Shown here in pieces: positions 1 to 8,696 of a stretch of 20,000 nt of DNA (the stretch's first letter is position 1; every line of letters begins with the position of its first letter). The stretch is from an uncultured virus (IMG/VR IMGVR_UViG_2049941000_000011) (lineage: Duplodnaviria > Heunggongvirae > Uroviricota > Caudoviricetes), in IMG/VR virus record IMGVR_UViG_2049941000_000011; one strand, 5' to 3'. The notes below the pieces were generated by a model. It saw only the letters and a program-made list of their open reading frames with translations, was not told the DNA's origin and made no database searches. A program made the position numbers and the translations under genes.

Positions 1-93
1 ATTTATGAAGAATTGAAAAGACAAGGATGTCCGTTTGACAAAGAAGGCTGCGTTGGTGGATATAGAAAAATCCATTTGAAGTCAAAGATTTGA
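1..93 (+). CDS. 3' end of a hypothetical protein (truncated by window edge)
   Basis: Frame 1 is open from base 1 (IYEELKRQGCPFDKEGCVGGYRKIHLKSKI*); its TGA (91-93) overlaps the TTG start at 90 (TTGA coupling). Confidence 0.45.
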   Translation: MYEELKRQGCPFDKEGCVGGYRKIHLKSKI

Positions 94-356
94 ATGGATT
101 AGTTCTTGCTTGTGAAAAAGCATTGATAAGGGTTTGTAGCAGAAACGGCAAGGTTGCTGATTTCAATGACTATGTTTTAAAACCTAGATGTAACAGCATG
201 ACGATAGGTTTACTCGAATTATCTGACTATGCGAGGATTTTTATCGGTGCTAACTTACTAAAATATATAGGTGAAGAATTCAAAGATTGGGATTGGCATC
301 CTAAAACAGGATTCAAGTTGATTGGCAATGGCAAATGCCTTTTTGAGGCACATTAA
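90..356 (+). CDS. hypothetical protein
   Basis: 88-aa ORF with TTG start coupled to the upstream stop; followed directly by the RBS of the next gene. Confidence 0.55.
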   Translation: MNGLVLACEKALIRVCSRNGKVADFNDYVLKPRCNSMTIGLLELSDYARIFIGANLLKYIGEEFKDWDWHPKTGFKLIGNGKCLFEAH

Positions 357-369
357 AAGGAGGATTATC

Positions 370-471
370 ATGACCAAGAAAGAAAAAATTATTAACGCAA
401 TTTTGTGGTTTGTGTCCACAACGCTAGGATTCTTTGTAGGGAATCTGTTATTTAAACTTATTTGTGAATAG
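370..471 (+). CDS. small single-TM membrane protein (33 aa, not in ORF track)
   Basis: AGGAGG at 358-363, ATG 370, MTKKEKIINAILWFVSTTLGFFVGNLLFKLICE*; basic N-terminus followed by a hydrophobic helix; fills the intergenic gap. Confidence 0.75.
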   Translation: MTKKEKIINAILWFVSTTLGFFVGNLLFKLICE

Positions 472-483
472 GAGGAAAAATTT

Positions 484-672
484 ATGGATAACGAAGAGAA
501 AACATTCAAAGTCTGCATCACAGAAACACTAGAAAAAGTGGTGGAAATCGAAGCTTCAGATGCTAAGGAAGCCATGCGTAATGTTAGGAATTTATATTAC
601 CATGAAGATATCATCTTAATGTCTGAAGACCTCACTAATGTAGATTTTTCTATTATGGAAGGGAGTGATTGA
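484..672 (+). CDS. DpnD/PcfM-like protein
   Basis: AGGAGG RBS; FKVCITETLEKVVEIEAxDAxEA...YYxEDIILxxEDL matches the DpnD/PcfM family pattern as I recall it. Confidence 0.75.
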   Translation: MDNEEKTFKVCITETLEKVVEIEASDAKEAMRNVRNLYYHEDIILMSEDLTNVDFSIMEGSD

Positions 673-674
673 TA

Positions 675-860
675 ATGTTTGAGATGTTTGATTGGTATTA
701 TCGAGAAGGCAGAAAGCTCCGTGCGACCGACAATCGTGCTGGGCATAGGCATCATTATAGAAATGAATGCGAAGGCAACGAGATAAGAAAACAGAACAGA
801 AAGGTGAACAACCGAAAGAAAAACAAATCAGCCCGTAAGGCAAGGAGGAAAAACAGATGA
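675..860 (+). CDS. small basic protein with Arg/Lys-rich C-terminus
   Basis: GGGAG RBS at 661-665, ATG 675; ends RKKNKSARKARRKNR; ATGA overlap with the next gene. Confidence 0.7.
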   Translation: MFEMFDWYYREGRKLRATDNRAGHRHHYRNECEGNEIRKQNRKVNNRKKNKSARKARRKNR

Positions 861-1198
861 TGGCAAATGAAGAAGTAAAGACAGCAGTGGAAAGTGCAAA
901 GTGGTGTGCAAACACTATTAGATTAAACAAGAAGATTGGCAATAGAGATATCGCTAATAAAGAAAATGATGGCTGCTGTTATGCAATAGAGAGATGTTTA
1001 CAAGTTATTGAGCAAGCCCTTGATGACCGTGATAAGCTACACTGCTTGGTTGCTGAGATGTGCGACTACATCGGTCTAGATGATTTAGCTCCTTATGATG
1101 ATTACGATAAAATTATCAAGGCGTTTAGAGAATATGCCGATGAGAATGAAATCCTAAGAGTCGATAAGAATACCAGGAAAAAGGATGGAGGTGAATAA
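857..1198 (+). CDS. hypothetical protein
   Basis: AGGAGG upstream, ATGA overlap, 113 aa. Confidence 0.8.
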   Translation: MMANEEVKTAVESAKWCANTIRLNKKIGNRDIANKENDGCCYAIERCLQVIEQALDDRDKLHCLVAEMCDYIGLDDLAPYDDYDKIIKAFREYADENEILRVDKNTRKKDGGE

Positions 1199-1200
1199 CG

Positions 1201-1944
1201 ATGAGTAAGATTGAAATGTGCACGGATCACACGGGTAAGATGGAAGGGATTAACTCCATCTCTACCAGCACGGACTTGAATCCGAACTGCAGGTCTAATG
1301 CAAAGATACGTGGATCCATATGTGCCAAGTGTTATGCCCACAACATGATTCAGATGTATGCTGGGCTAAGGGATCGCTTGCAAAGAAATACCGAGGCGTT
1401 GACCAAGGAAGTTCTCCCCGATGAGGATTTGCCTGATACGACTGGGATGGAAATTTTCAGATTCGAAAGTTTTGGTGATTTGCATAATGAGATCCATCTA
1501 ACTAATTATATGAATATCGTTAAGAAAAATCCTGGAACCAGATTTACCCTCTGGACAAAAGTATACGATGTCGCTTATAATTATTTTAGGGATCATGATG
1601 TTCCTGAAAACTTTACATTGATCTTGTCATCCCTAATGATCAATAAAAGAATTGATTTATCTAAGTTTAAAGCACTGGGAAAATTCCAACCTGGGCAGTT
1701 GAAGAGTTTCACTGTCTGGGACAAGAAGTTCTTGGATGCTAATCCAGGATTGGTCAATGTGAATTGTGGCAGCAGGATGTGCAATCTATGCCGCCAGTGC
1801 TACAACAAGAACAAGGTCGAAGAGATTAATGAGATTCTTAAGAGTGACCAACACGCCGTTGTGGTGAAAGAGGCGCTGAAGAGTCCAGAGATGCGCGAGA
1901 AAGTAGCCGTGGATTTGGGTGACCTTGAACAGTTATTTTCATAA
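1201..1944 (+). CDS. Gp88-like phage protein (Cys-rich, radical-SAM-like/Fe-S candidate)
   Basis: GGAGGT RBS; motifs GKMEGINSIST, C-x10-CAKCYA, FRFESFGDL, FTLWTK, C-terminal NC-x4-CxxCxxCY typical of phage Gp88-family proteins. Confidence 0.65.
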   Translation: MSKIEMCTDHTGKMEGINSISTSTDLNPNCRSNAKIRGSICAKCYAHNMIQMYAGLRDRLQRNTEALTKEVLPDEDLPDTTGMEIFRFESFGDLHNEIHLTNYMNIVKKNPGTRFTLWTKVYDVAYNYFRDHDVPENFTLILSSLMINKRIDLSKFKALGKFQPGQLKSFTVWDKKFLDANPGLVNVNCGSRMCNLCRQCYNKNKVEEINEILKSDQHAVVVKEALKSPEMREKVAVDLGDLEQLFS

Positions 1945-1953
1945 AAGGAGGAA

Positions 1954-2784
1954 ATGGTTATGGAAAATAATCCAATCGGGAGTTTATTATTAAAAGCTCT
2001 CTACATCAAACACACTCGTCACTGGAGTGATATTTACAAAGCAATCCTAGATGGGGAATGCTCAGAACTTCCTGATGAGAAGGAATTAAGAGAACAAGTG
2101 GACAAATTCGAGAAGGATAATGATTGCCAATTGATTTCTATCATGGACAATGAATATCCTGAAGGATTAAAGAAACTTGAGAAACCACTCTTCGTAGTTG
2201 AAATGAAAGTAGATTCAAAATTCCAGGGTCTATTCTTCGCTAAGAAGGGTGAAGATGGTGATGTGAAACCTCGTAGAACCGAACCTATAGACACCCCTGA
2301 ATCATTCTTAATGTTCTTGTGTAATAAGAACAGACAGCCAATCACGCTAACAGAAACAGTCACTAAGATTTTCAATAAAGATGGATTGATGACTGCCCAC
2401 ATCGAGGAAGACACAGTGGGTTGTTGGCTCGTGTTCAATGATGGAGTGGTTGAAGACCTTGTTGATGAAATCATGGGACAGGTGAGAATGAAATTCGCCA
2501 ATGAACGTGACGCCATAACAAGGGCATTCCAAATCTGTAATGGAGTGTTATACATCAAATGCGATTCAATGCTATACAATTTACGCGGCACAATCGCTGG
2601 GACAACAGAGGACTTACGTGGGTCAAGAAGTGGATACGAAAAGCCAACCTTCTTTACTCCAGGTAAAAGCGGAAGTCTAAACAATCTTCATATCAAGAAC
2701 CACCAAGGTTTCTTGGTTGACCTCAAGGAAGACTTGATGGATTACTCATTATTTGTCGTAGAAAAAGAAAAGGAGAAAAAGTAA
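1954..2784 (+). CDS. highly diverged DprA/Smf-like paralog
   Basis: N-terminus (LxIKHxxxWxxIYKA...IMDNEYPEGLKKLEKPLFV) and C-terminus (PGKSGSLNNLHIK...LVDLKEDL) align by eye with the DprA at 10541; the core is diverged. The ATG at 1960 has better RBS spacing. Confidence 0.65.
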   Translation: MVMENNPIGSLLLKALYIKHTRHWSDIYKAILDGECSELPDEKELREQVDKFEKDNDCQLISIMDNEYPEGLKKLEKPLFVVEMKVDSKFQGLFFAKKGEDGDVKPRRTEPIDTPESFLMFLCNKNRQPITLTETVTKIFNKDGLMTAHIEEDTVGCWLVFNDGVVEDLVDEIMGQVRMKFANERDAITRAFQICNGVLYIKCDSMLYNLRGTIAGTTEDLRGSRSGYEKPTFFTPGKSGSLNNLHIKNHQGFLVDLKEDLMDYSLFVVEKEKEKK

Positions 2785-2785
2785 T

Positions 2786-3028
2786 ATGCCAGATGAAGTT
2801 GCAGTAAAGAAATTTAAAAAGACAATCACTGTCGATGGTATCGAAGTCGATGTTGATGCATGGACTGAAGAGGAGCTTGAGGCTGAATGCAAAAGAGCCG
2901 AAGCTTATATTAAGAAATATGGGAGTGACGAAGATAAGATGTCCAGTGACTACCCAAGACATGAAGGTGAAGACGCCGTCATGGATTTAGCTAGAGAGCT
3001 ACAAATAAATAATTTCAAATTAATGTAG
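2786..3028 (+). CDS. hypothetical acidic protein
   Basis: AAGGAG RBS, 80 aa, 1 nt after the upstream stop. Confidence 0.75.
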   Translation: MPDEVAVKKFKKTITVDGIEVDVDAWTEEELEAECKRAEAYIKKYGSDEDKMSSDYPRHEGEDAVMDLARELQINNFKLM

Positions 3029-3036
3029 AAAAAAGC

Positions 3037-3065
3037 TTGCATTCCTGGCAATGTTGGCGTATAAT
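3037..3065 (+). promoter_or_regulatory. sigma70/sigmaA-type promoter for tagged-gene array A
   Basis: TTGCAT (3037-3042), 17 bp spacer, TATAAT (3060-3065); A-tract upstream; TTCCTGG (3042-3048) and CCAGGAA (3070-3076) form an inverted repeat around the -10. Confidence 0.8.
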
Positions 3066-3082
3066 AAAACCAGGAAAAAGGC

Positions 3083-3166
3083 AAGAAAGATTCTATAACT
3101 GGTTGCCGTGTTGGCGACATATTCCTCCAAAAGGGCTCGTGGCAAGTGCTGCGAGTCTTTTCTTTT
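3083..3166 (+). other. structured 5' leader / possible small RNA or attenuator
   Basis: Nested inverted repeats AAGAAAGATTC (3083-3093)/GAGTCTTTTCTT (3153-3164) and TTGCCGTG (3103-3110)/CGTGGCAA (3138-3145), allowing G-U pairs. Confidence 0.35.
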
Positions 3167-3187
3167 AGAGGGGAAAGGAGATTGCGT

Positions 3188-3559
3188 ATGGTGAAAATAA
3201 AATTATACAGGTATGAATTATATCGATTCAATAAGCAATATTGCTACGAAAAAATTTATCAAAGCTTTAATTTGCAAAATGCATTAAAAGAATTAGATAA
3301 GATTTTAAGAATAAGAGCAAAGAGTGAAGAGTTTCAGCACTATGAAGATTTCATGGCAAGACTAGAAGACCGTGTCAGGAGTCATCAGGAAGATTGTCAA
3401 TTAGATGAATCTTTTCTCACAGACAAAAACTGTTTCTGGAACATTCATAGCGGAACAAATTGGCAGAAACCAAAAGAACGCCATCACGAAATCGAAACAG
3501 GTGTAGATGTCGCAGGAAAACTGACAGGAAGATGGATGCTGAATGTCACCAGGCTCTAG
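3188..3559 (+). CDS. hypothetical protein, tag variant MVKIK (array A)
   Basis: AAGGAG at 3175-3180, ATG 3188. Confidence 0.8.
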   Translation: MVKIKLYRYELYRFNKQYCYEKIYQSFNLQNALKELDKILRIRAKSEEFQHYEDFMARLEDRVRSHQEDCQLDESFLTDKNCFWNIHSGTNWQKPKERHHEIETGVDVAGKLTGRWMLNVTRL

Positions 3560-3570
3560 GAGGTAACCGT

Positions 3571-4008
3571 ATGTTTAAAATTAAATTTGGAAATTATTAT
3601 GAACTTTTTTGTGCCAATCTAAACGAAACCAAGATATGTAGATTCGGAAACAAAAAACCAGACTTATTAAATCTGCCAGTGGGCCAGGGACTATGGGTAG
3701 AAAACACTATTGAAGAATGGTGGGACAAATTGAAAGTAGGAAGAATTAAAGCTGACGAATCTAAGTGGTGTAAATGGGCAATTGACGAAATAATAACATT
3801 CATGCTAAAGGTTGAACTTGCAGTGGAGGATGGGGATAAAGTAGCAGATATCAATAAAAAGAAACGTCACAATACAACGCCAGAAGGATATTTTGTTAAT
3901 GCCGCGGCACACACAGAGGATGTTAATTCTCTCATCACTTGTTATTTCTTTATTGGTCGTTATGGCGTAACAGAAATGTCCCTTGTTTGGGATATCCACA
4001 AGAGGTAA
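3571..4008 (+). CDS. hypothetical protein, MFKIK tag (array A)
   Basis: AGGAGGT RBS then ATG 3571; the ORF-track start at 3460 is an unlikely extension. Confidence 0.85.
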   Translation: MFKIKFGNYYELFCANLNETKICRFGNKKPDLLNLPVGQGLWVENTIEEWWDKLKVGRIKADESKWCKWAIDEIITFMLKVELAVEDGDKVADINKKKRHNTTPEGYFVNAAAHTEDVNSLITCYFFIGRYGVTEMSLVWDIHKR

Positions 4009-4013
4009 TGTGT

Positions 4014-4409
4014 ATGTTTAAGATTAAAAAGCTTGCAACATATGAAGTTATTCAATACTTTTGGTCATCTGGTTCAGGATTCAAACCTGCTAGCACCTTC
4101 ATGGAACTTTTGAAAGAAGTGGAAGTGGAAATAATCCGCGAATTTCGCGGGAGCGGGATGCGCGTGGATGAAGATTTAGCTGATATATTAACAGAGTTTT
4201 GGGAATATGTCGGTAACACCCAAGGATACGCCACTGAAGACAAAATAAAAAAAGAAATTGAAATGCAATATGGGGACTATAAGGCCCGCATCAGGACTTT
4301 TATGTCTGGCTCTGGTAGAACAACAGAATATGTGATAACCATAGATTCGAAGAATTGTAGAATAACACGAGAAATTCATGTAGGAAGGAGGATGCCAAAC
4401 GATGTTTAG
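4014..4409 (+). CDS. hypothetical protein, MFKIK tag (array A)
   Basis: GAGGT RBS, ATG 4014. Confidence 0.85.
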   Translation: MFKIKKLATYEVIQYFWSSGSGFKPASTFMELLKEVEVEIIREFRGSGMRVDEDLADILTEFWEYVGNTQGYATEDKIKKEIEMQYGDYKARIRTFMSGSGRTTEYVITIDSKNCRITREIHVGRRMPNDV

Positions 4410-4782
4410 AATTATTTTTAACAAATGTGTAGAAAAGTATTACGTCACTTTTGGAATAGTAAGGTCTGAAATGACAGACTTAAAGAAAGTTATCAATTGG
4501 CTAAAGATCCGTGTAGATGACATGTTTGGCAGAAGAGGTTGGAAACCTTTATTCGAGAAGTTAGAGAACCATATTAACATAACGCAACACATAAAAAATG
4601 ATTGTTTGGGAGATATGACATTCGAGAATCGAGAGTATAGTATTAAAATACATCATAATATTTATGGTCAGCAAAAAAGGCATCTCCAATACAACATCTG
4701 TTTTTACATTCGTGGAATATTCCAGGATGGGGGAATAGTTATTGTAGAAAGGAAAAGGAGTCCAAAAAAATGTTCAAAGTAA
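4402..4782 (+). CDS. hypothetical protein, MFRII tag (array A)
   Basis: AGGAGG RBS; 8-nt overlap ATGTTTAG with the upstream stop. Confidence 0.85.
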   Translation: MFRIIFNKCVEKYYVTFGIVRSEMTDLKKVINWLKIRVDDMFGRRGWKPLFEKLENHINITQHIKNDCLGDMTFENREYSIKIHHNIYGQQKRHLQYNICFYIRGIFQDGGIVIVERKRSPKKCSK

Positions 4783-5087
4783 AAAAATATACTATTATAT
4801 TGGATGACACCACACATGAGGGGGTTAATATTGACCAGGTCCAAAATAATTTTTTGATCGATTTATTTTTTACAGACCAGATATCTGTTGAAAAAGCTAT
4901 AACAGCCATGGAGTGGATAAGAGATGTAATCAAAAACGGGAACGATACCAAACAACGCCCATCAGGAGTAGGAATAGCACACTCAAGAGATCCAAATGAC
5001 CCTGGATATCATGCATTCTGTGTTAGAATACCCCGTGAAAAGGAATCATCAATTTATTTTGATGTATATACAAATTATTTAAACTGA
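4770..5087 (+). CDS. hypothetical protein, MFKVK tag (array A); probable paralog of 5102-5440
   Basis: AAGGAG RBS; shares KYxxxxD...VRIP...F-x-V pattern with the next gene. Confidence 0.85.
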   Translation: MFKVKKYTIILDDTTHEGVNIDQVQNNFLIDLFFTDQISVEKAITAMEWIRDVIKNGNDTKQRPSGVGIAHSRDPNDPGYHAFCVRIPREKESSIYFDVYTNYLN

Positions 5088-5101
5088 GAGGAGGAGTAGC
5101 T

Positions 5102-5440
5102 ATGTTTAAAATAAAGCTTAGAAAATATATAATGACCATAGATGGTTATTCATACGAGCGTTGGACTTTTATAAAAGCTAAGAACGACCTAATGCAACAT
5201 TTATTAGCGAAAGGTATGAAGAATGCTGGTGCAGTCATCCTTCCAACTATAAGAGCTTTAAACTACATTAAAAATATATATGATGGCGTCCCAGAATCCG
5301 AGAATAAAAAACCAGAAGATATAAACATTAAAATGGGTTTAGACGAACCAGATATATATTACTCTGTTAGAATACCTATGAAAAACACTGATGATTATGT
5401 TTTCTTCACAGTAGCAGCAAAGGAGATATCTCATGTTTAG
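5102..5440 (+). CDS. hypothetical protein, MFKIK tag (array A)
   Basis: GAGGAG RBS, 112 aa. Confidence 0.85.
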   Translation: MFKIKLRKYIMTIDGYSYERWTFIKAKNDLMQHLLAKGMKNAGAVILPTIRALNYIKNIYDGVPESENKKPEDINIKMGLDEPDIYYSVRIPMKNTDDYVFFTVAAKEISHV

Positions 5441-5834
5441 AATAATATTTAAAAACGCATTCCACGGATGGAAACCAAAATATAAACTGCATACGGGGCG
5501 AATCTTTGATACAGTCTCAGATCCAATCGTGCAAAGATTGAGCGAATGCTTCTTGAGAATCCCAGATGAGGGTAGTTGGTTACCAAAAAAAGCTCGTCCA
5601 GAATTCTTCATAGCTGTAGCGAACAAATGTGAAAGACCCTACATGGGATTCCCATACTTGATTCCAGCTTCTATAGATTGTTCTTTTTTAGGCGATGCTG
5701 GGGCCGTGAGAAGCAGTATTAAAAAAGGGGTTAAGAGAAAATACCCTTTTCCAAAAGTATTTGGGCCCAAATATTGCACGGTAGAACAACAGATAGAAGT
5801 GCTAAAAAGAATCTATAGACAATGGAGGTTATAA
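5433..5834 (+). CDS. hypothetical protein, MFRII tag (array A)
   Basis: AAGGAG RBS; 8-nt overlap ATGTTTAG. Confidence 0.85.
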   Translation: MFRIIFKNAFHGWKPKYKLHTGRIFDTVSDPIVQRLSECFLRIPDEGSWLPKKARPEFFIAVANKCERPYMGFPYLIPASIDCSFLGDAGAVRSSIKKGVKRKYPFPKVFGPKYCTVEQQIEVLKRIYRQWRL

Positions 5835-5895
5835 GATGTATATTATCTGATTATTGGTAAAAAAATAAAGTCATTGAAGAACAGGAGGTATAGTT

Positions 5896-6159
5896 ATGAA
5901 CTTAGATGGCGAAATTTATGAAGTAGAGATAGCGTATCCTACTAATAGTGGAGAATCTTCAGTTAGAAAATTCTTCGCATCCAAAGATGAAGCAAAAGAG
6001 TTTGCAATGTCATGCGCTGGAGAGGACTATGAATATTTAGACCTCTGTGAATGGGACCCATGCGGGCCCAACTGGTCTATCATTGAACAGATTCGCACAG
6101 AAGACGGTAGAATTATAACAATCGCACAAATCGACAACACATACAAGGAGGAAAAATAG
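5896..6159 (+). CDS. hypothetical acidic protein
   Basis: AGGAGGT RBS, 87 aa. Confidence 0.8.
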   Translation: MNLDGEIYEVEIAYPTNSGESSVRKFFASKDEAKEFAMSCAGEDYEYLDLCEWDPCGPNWSIIEQIRTEDGRIITIAQIDNTYKEEK

Positions 6160-6160
6160 T

Positions 6161-6526
6161 ATGGAAAAATTTAAAATTAAAAATTTATTATTGCTCGAAT
6201 TAATTAATAAAAAGAATGCCATTGAAGATTTATCCAGGGCAATGTCAAAAAACATCCACAACGTCTCAAATGTAGAATTTAAAGCATTCTATAATAAGGG
6301 GCACGGATGGATTGAAGAAAGAATCATAATGACCTACCGCGGAGGGGCTATTGCAGTAAGAAATGTAAATATCAATTCACTTATCTGTGACTATGAAGAG
6401 GCAATGAAACTTGCCCGTGGCGGGTATTACGATGAGGTTGAAGGATATAGAAAGATGTTAGAGAACGAGAACTACATTGATATCCTGGAAAACCTAAATG
6501 AATTTTCACCAGAGGAGGTCTATTAA
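6161..6526 (+). CDS. hypothetical protein (starts MEKFKIK)
   Basis: AGGAGG RBS, 121 aa. Confidence 0.8.
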   Translation: MEKFKIKNLLLLELINKKNAIEDLSRAMSKNIHNVSNVEFKAFYNKGHGWIEERIIMTYRGGAIAVRNVNINSLICDYEEAMKLARGGYYDEVEGYRKMLENENYIDILENLNEFSPEEVY

Positions 6527-6527
6527 G

Positions 6528-6743
6528 ATGAAAGTCAAAACATTAATTGCAAAGTTGCGTAAGATCGCACAAAAGAATCCTGATGCCCAGGTGTTGGGAT
6601 TGGGAGATGAAGATGCTGGAGCAATCTATGATGTTAGTTACTATGAGAAGTGCACAGAAGATGAACTTCCATATGATGGAGGTGGATGCACAGACAGATT
6701 CTTGGGCAAAGACATTGTTGTCTTGAAAGGAGAATGGAACTAA
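6528..6743 (+). CDS. hypothetical protein
   Basis: GGAGGT RBS, ATG 6528 (MKVKTLIAKL). Confidence 0.75.
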   Translation: MKVKTLIAKLRKIAQKNPDAQVLGLGDEDAGAIYDVSYYEKCTEDELPYDGGGCTDRFLGKDIVVLKGEWN

Positions 6744-7024
6744 TGAACAACGAACGCAAATTAGAATGCATCGCAGATCTCGTGAAGAATTACCTTAACG
6801 ATAAGAAGGAATATTCCAGGATCCGTAACAATATGGTTTGGTATAGAGAATCAATGAAGGAGAACCAGGGCGTGGATGTCACTCCAGAACAAGCATTCAT
6901 GTTCGTGATGCAAAGCCCAACCAGCATCTATCAAGATTTGACCATCGCTGAACAAAAGGAAGTAGCTGCAAGTTTATGGGCAGCGCTTGTTAGAAAGAAC
7001 TATAGTTTAACCAGGATTTGGTAG
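6743..7024 (+). CDS. hypothetical protein
   Basis: AAGGAG RBS, TAATG overlap, MNNERKLE start. Confidence 0.75.
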   Translation: MNNERKLECIADLVKNYLNDKKEYSRIRNNMVWYRESMKENQGVDVTPEQAFMFVMQSPTSIYQDLTIAEQKEVAASLWAALVRKNYSLTRIW

Positions 7025-7036
7025 AAGGAGAATAAT

Positions 7037-7429
7037 ATGCTTAAAGTAAAAGTAACTCATGAGTATGAACTCGATCATACATTATTAACAGATATCTTAT
7101 CAACGGCTCTTACAGGTAACGACCTCTGGACTGTTGATTGGGATCCAAAAGATTCGAAGGCCATGAAGGCGAATCATCCTGAAATTACCGATTGGTGCAT
7201 AGAAGATGTTCTTGCGGGATTGCTTGAAGACGGCAAGACCTTTATCTTGATAGACAACGAAGAAGGTAAAGAACACACCGTAACGGCAGAAATGTTTGCA
7301 AATGGCATTGCCTTGTATGAAAAAGACCATGGCACTATTCAAAGTATCATGGAAGATGCAGACTTTGATTTATGGGATGGCGATGCGGTATTGCAACTAG
7401 CAGTATTTGGGGAGGTAATTTATGGATAG
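7037..7429 (+). CDS. hypothetical acidic phage protein
   Basis: AAGGAG RBS; ends DAVLQLAVFGEVIYG. Confidence 0.8.
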   Translation: MLKVKVTHEYELDHTLLTDILSTALTGNDLWTVDWDPKDSKAMKANHPEITDWCIEDVLAGLLEDGKTFILIDNEEGKEHTVTAEMFANGIALYEKDHGTIQSIMEDADFDLWDGDAVLQLAVFGEVIYG

Positions 7430-7634
7430 AGAGAAACTTTACGAAGCTATTGACAACAATACACTGTTTGATTTCATTGCTAATGAATACGACGACATGA
7501 CCAAGTATGAATTGAAAGAAGTTCTTTTAGCCGTGCTTGGAGTTGGATATGACGGATGTCACAGCGAAGAAGATGAGCGTGCCTGGATGGAACTCATCTA
7601 CAACGAATTACATGATTACAGGGAGTTTTATTAA
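7422..7634 (+). CDS. hypothetical acidic protein
   Basis: GGAGGT RBS, 8-nt overlap. Confidence 0.8.
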   Translation: MDREKLYEAIDNNTLFDFIANEYDDMTKYELKEVLLAVLGVGYDGCHSEEDERAWMELIYNELHDYREFY

Positions 7635-7636
7635 TT

Positions 7637-7963
7637 ATGATGACAGCCAAAGAAAGAAAAGAAATGAGAGAAAAGTTCTTTAAAGACTTTGATATCAGCG
7701 CTGATTCAAGTAAAGATGCAGGAGTGGGCATATTGATTGCCCACCACTACATCAGTTTGGGTGAACGAGTAATACAGACAATAACCGAAGAGGATATTGA
7801 GAGGGCTTACAAGGATGAAGTGCAGAAGCAAAAAGATGCGGAAGCGAAGGGGCTCGTATATATGGTAGAGCCCGATTTCACTAAGTTCGTATTAACAGCC
7901 TGTGTGGCATTATATAAGTTGCCATCCGAAGTAAAATATGATATAATTAAGAAATTAATATAA
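7637..7963 (+). CDS. hypothetical protein
   Basis: GGGAG upstream, 108 aa, tight packing. Confidence 0.75.
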   Translation: MMTAKERKEMREKFFKDFDISADSSKDAGVGILIAHHYISLGERVIQTITEEDIERAYKDEVQKQKDAEAKGLVYMVEPDFTKFVLTACVALYKLPSEVKYDIIKKLI

Positions 7964-7996
7964 TGTAGAGATGAAGAAGTCTCTGGAGGTAAAATT

Positions 7997-8359
7997 ATGT
8001 TCAAGATTCCTAACATTGAATACAAACTTAATAAGGAAATAACAAATGAACAGCTAGTTGCAGCAGAAACCTATTATATGACCAACACAATATTTCAAAT
8101 TCGAGACGGTAGGAAGAGAACTTTCTTTATAACAAATAAGAATCCCGAAAAGAAACCAGACGGCACGATTGAGTTCCGTGAATGCAGCATGATTGACAAA
8201 ACTTGTTTTGAAAAGGATGGTAGTTATCACGGCGCCCTACTCGCAGGGTTTAAATATTTTATCTTCAGAGACGAACTCGGTGGTGACCCCGAAGGATGGT
8301 ATTCTTCAGTGTATGACAGTAAAGATATAGTGGAAGCAGGTGATGAATATGAGTTTTAG
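7997..8359 (+). CDS. MFKIP-tagged protein, paralog 1 of 3 (array B)
   Basis: GGAGGT RBS; TIEFRECSMIDKTCFEKDG...YFIFRD motif shared with the next two genes. Confidence 0.85.
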   Translation: MFKIPNIEYKLNKEITNEQLVAAETYYMTNTIFQIRDGRKRTFFITNKNPEKKPDGTIEFRECSMIDKTCFEKDGSYHGALLAGFKYFIFRDELGGDPEGWYSSVYDSKDIVEAGDEYEF

Positions 8360-8696
8360 AATACCTAAAATCCACAAAAAACTTACACCTCTGTCCGAGG
8401 AACAACTCAAGATATTAGATGCGAGATTCGGTAGCGAAAACGTAATACTAATAGAGAAGCATGGCGTATTTATATGTGACAAACAAACTAAACACAGTAG
8501 AGCCAAGACAGTTGAATTAAGAGACTGTAGAAAAGTGGATGGCACCTGCTTTACCAGCACGGGGGAATACGCAGGAACATATGTTGGCAAACAACAATAC
8601 TTCATTATGAAAGACATGCTTGACGATAGCGAATTGTTTCTACAATACTATTATGATAGAGAAATAATAAAGGAGGGATATGAACATGAGCTTTAA
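8349..8696 (+). CDS. MSFRIP-tagged protein, paralog 2 of 3 (array B)
   Basis: AGGTGA RBS; TVELRDCRKVDGTCFTSTG...YFIMKD. Confidence 0.85.
   Translation: MSFRIPKIHKKLTPLSEEQLKILDARFGSENVILIEKHGVFICDKQTKHSRAKTVELRDCRKVDGTCFTSTGEYAGTYVGKQQYFIMKDMLDDSELFLQYYYDREIIKEGYEHEL

Noticed and set aside
3188..5834. Tagged arrays as integron cassettes
   Set aside because: Genes overlap or abut, leaving no room for attC hairpins; no integrase in the window.
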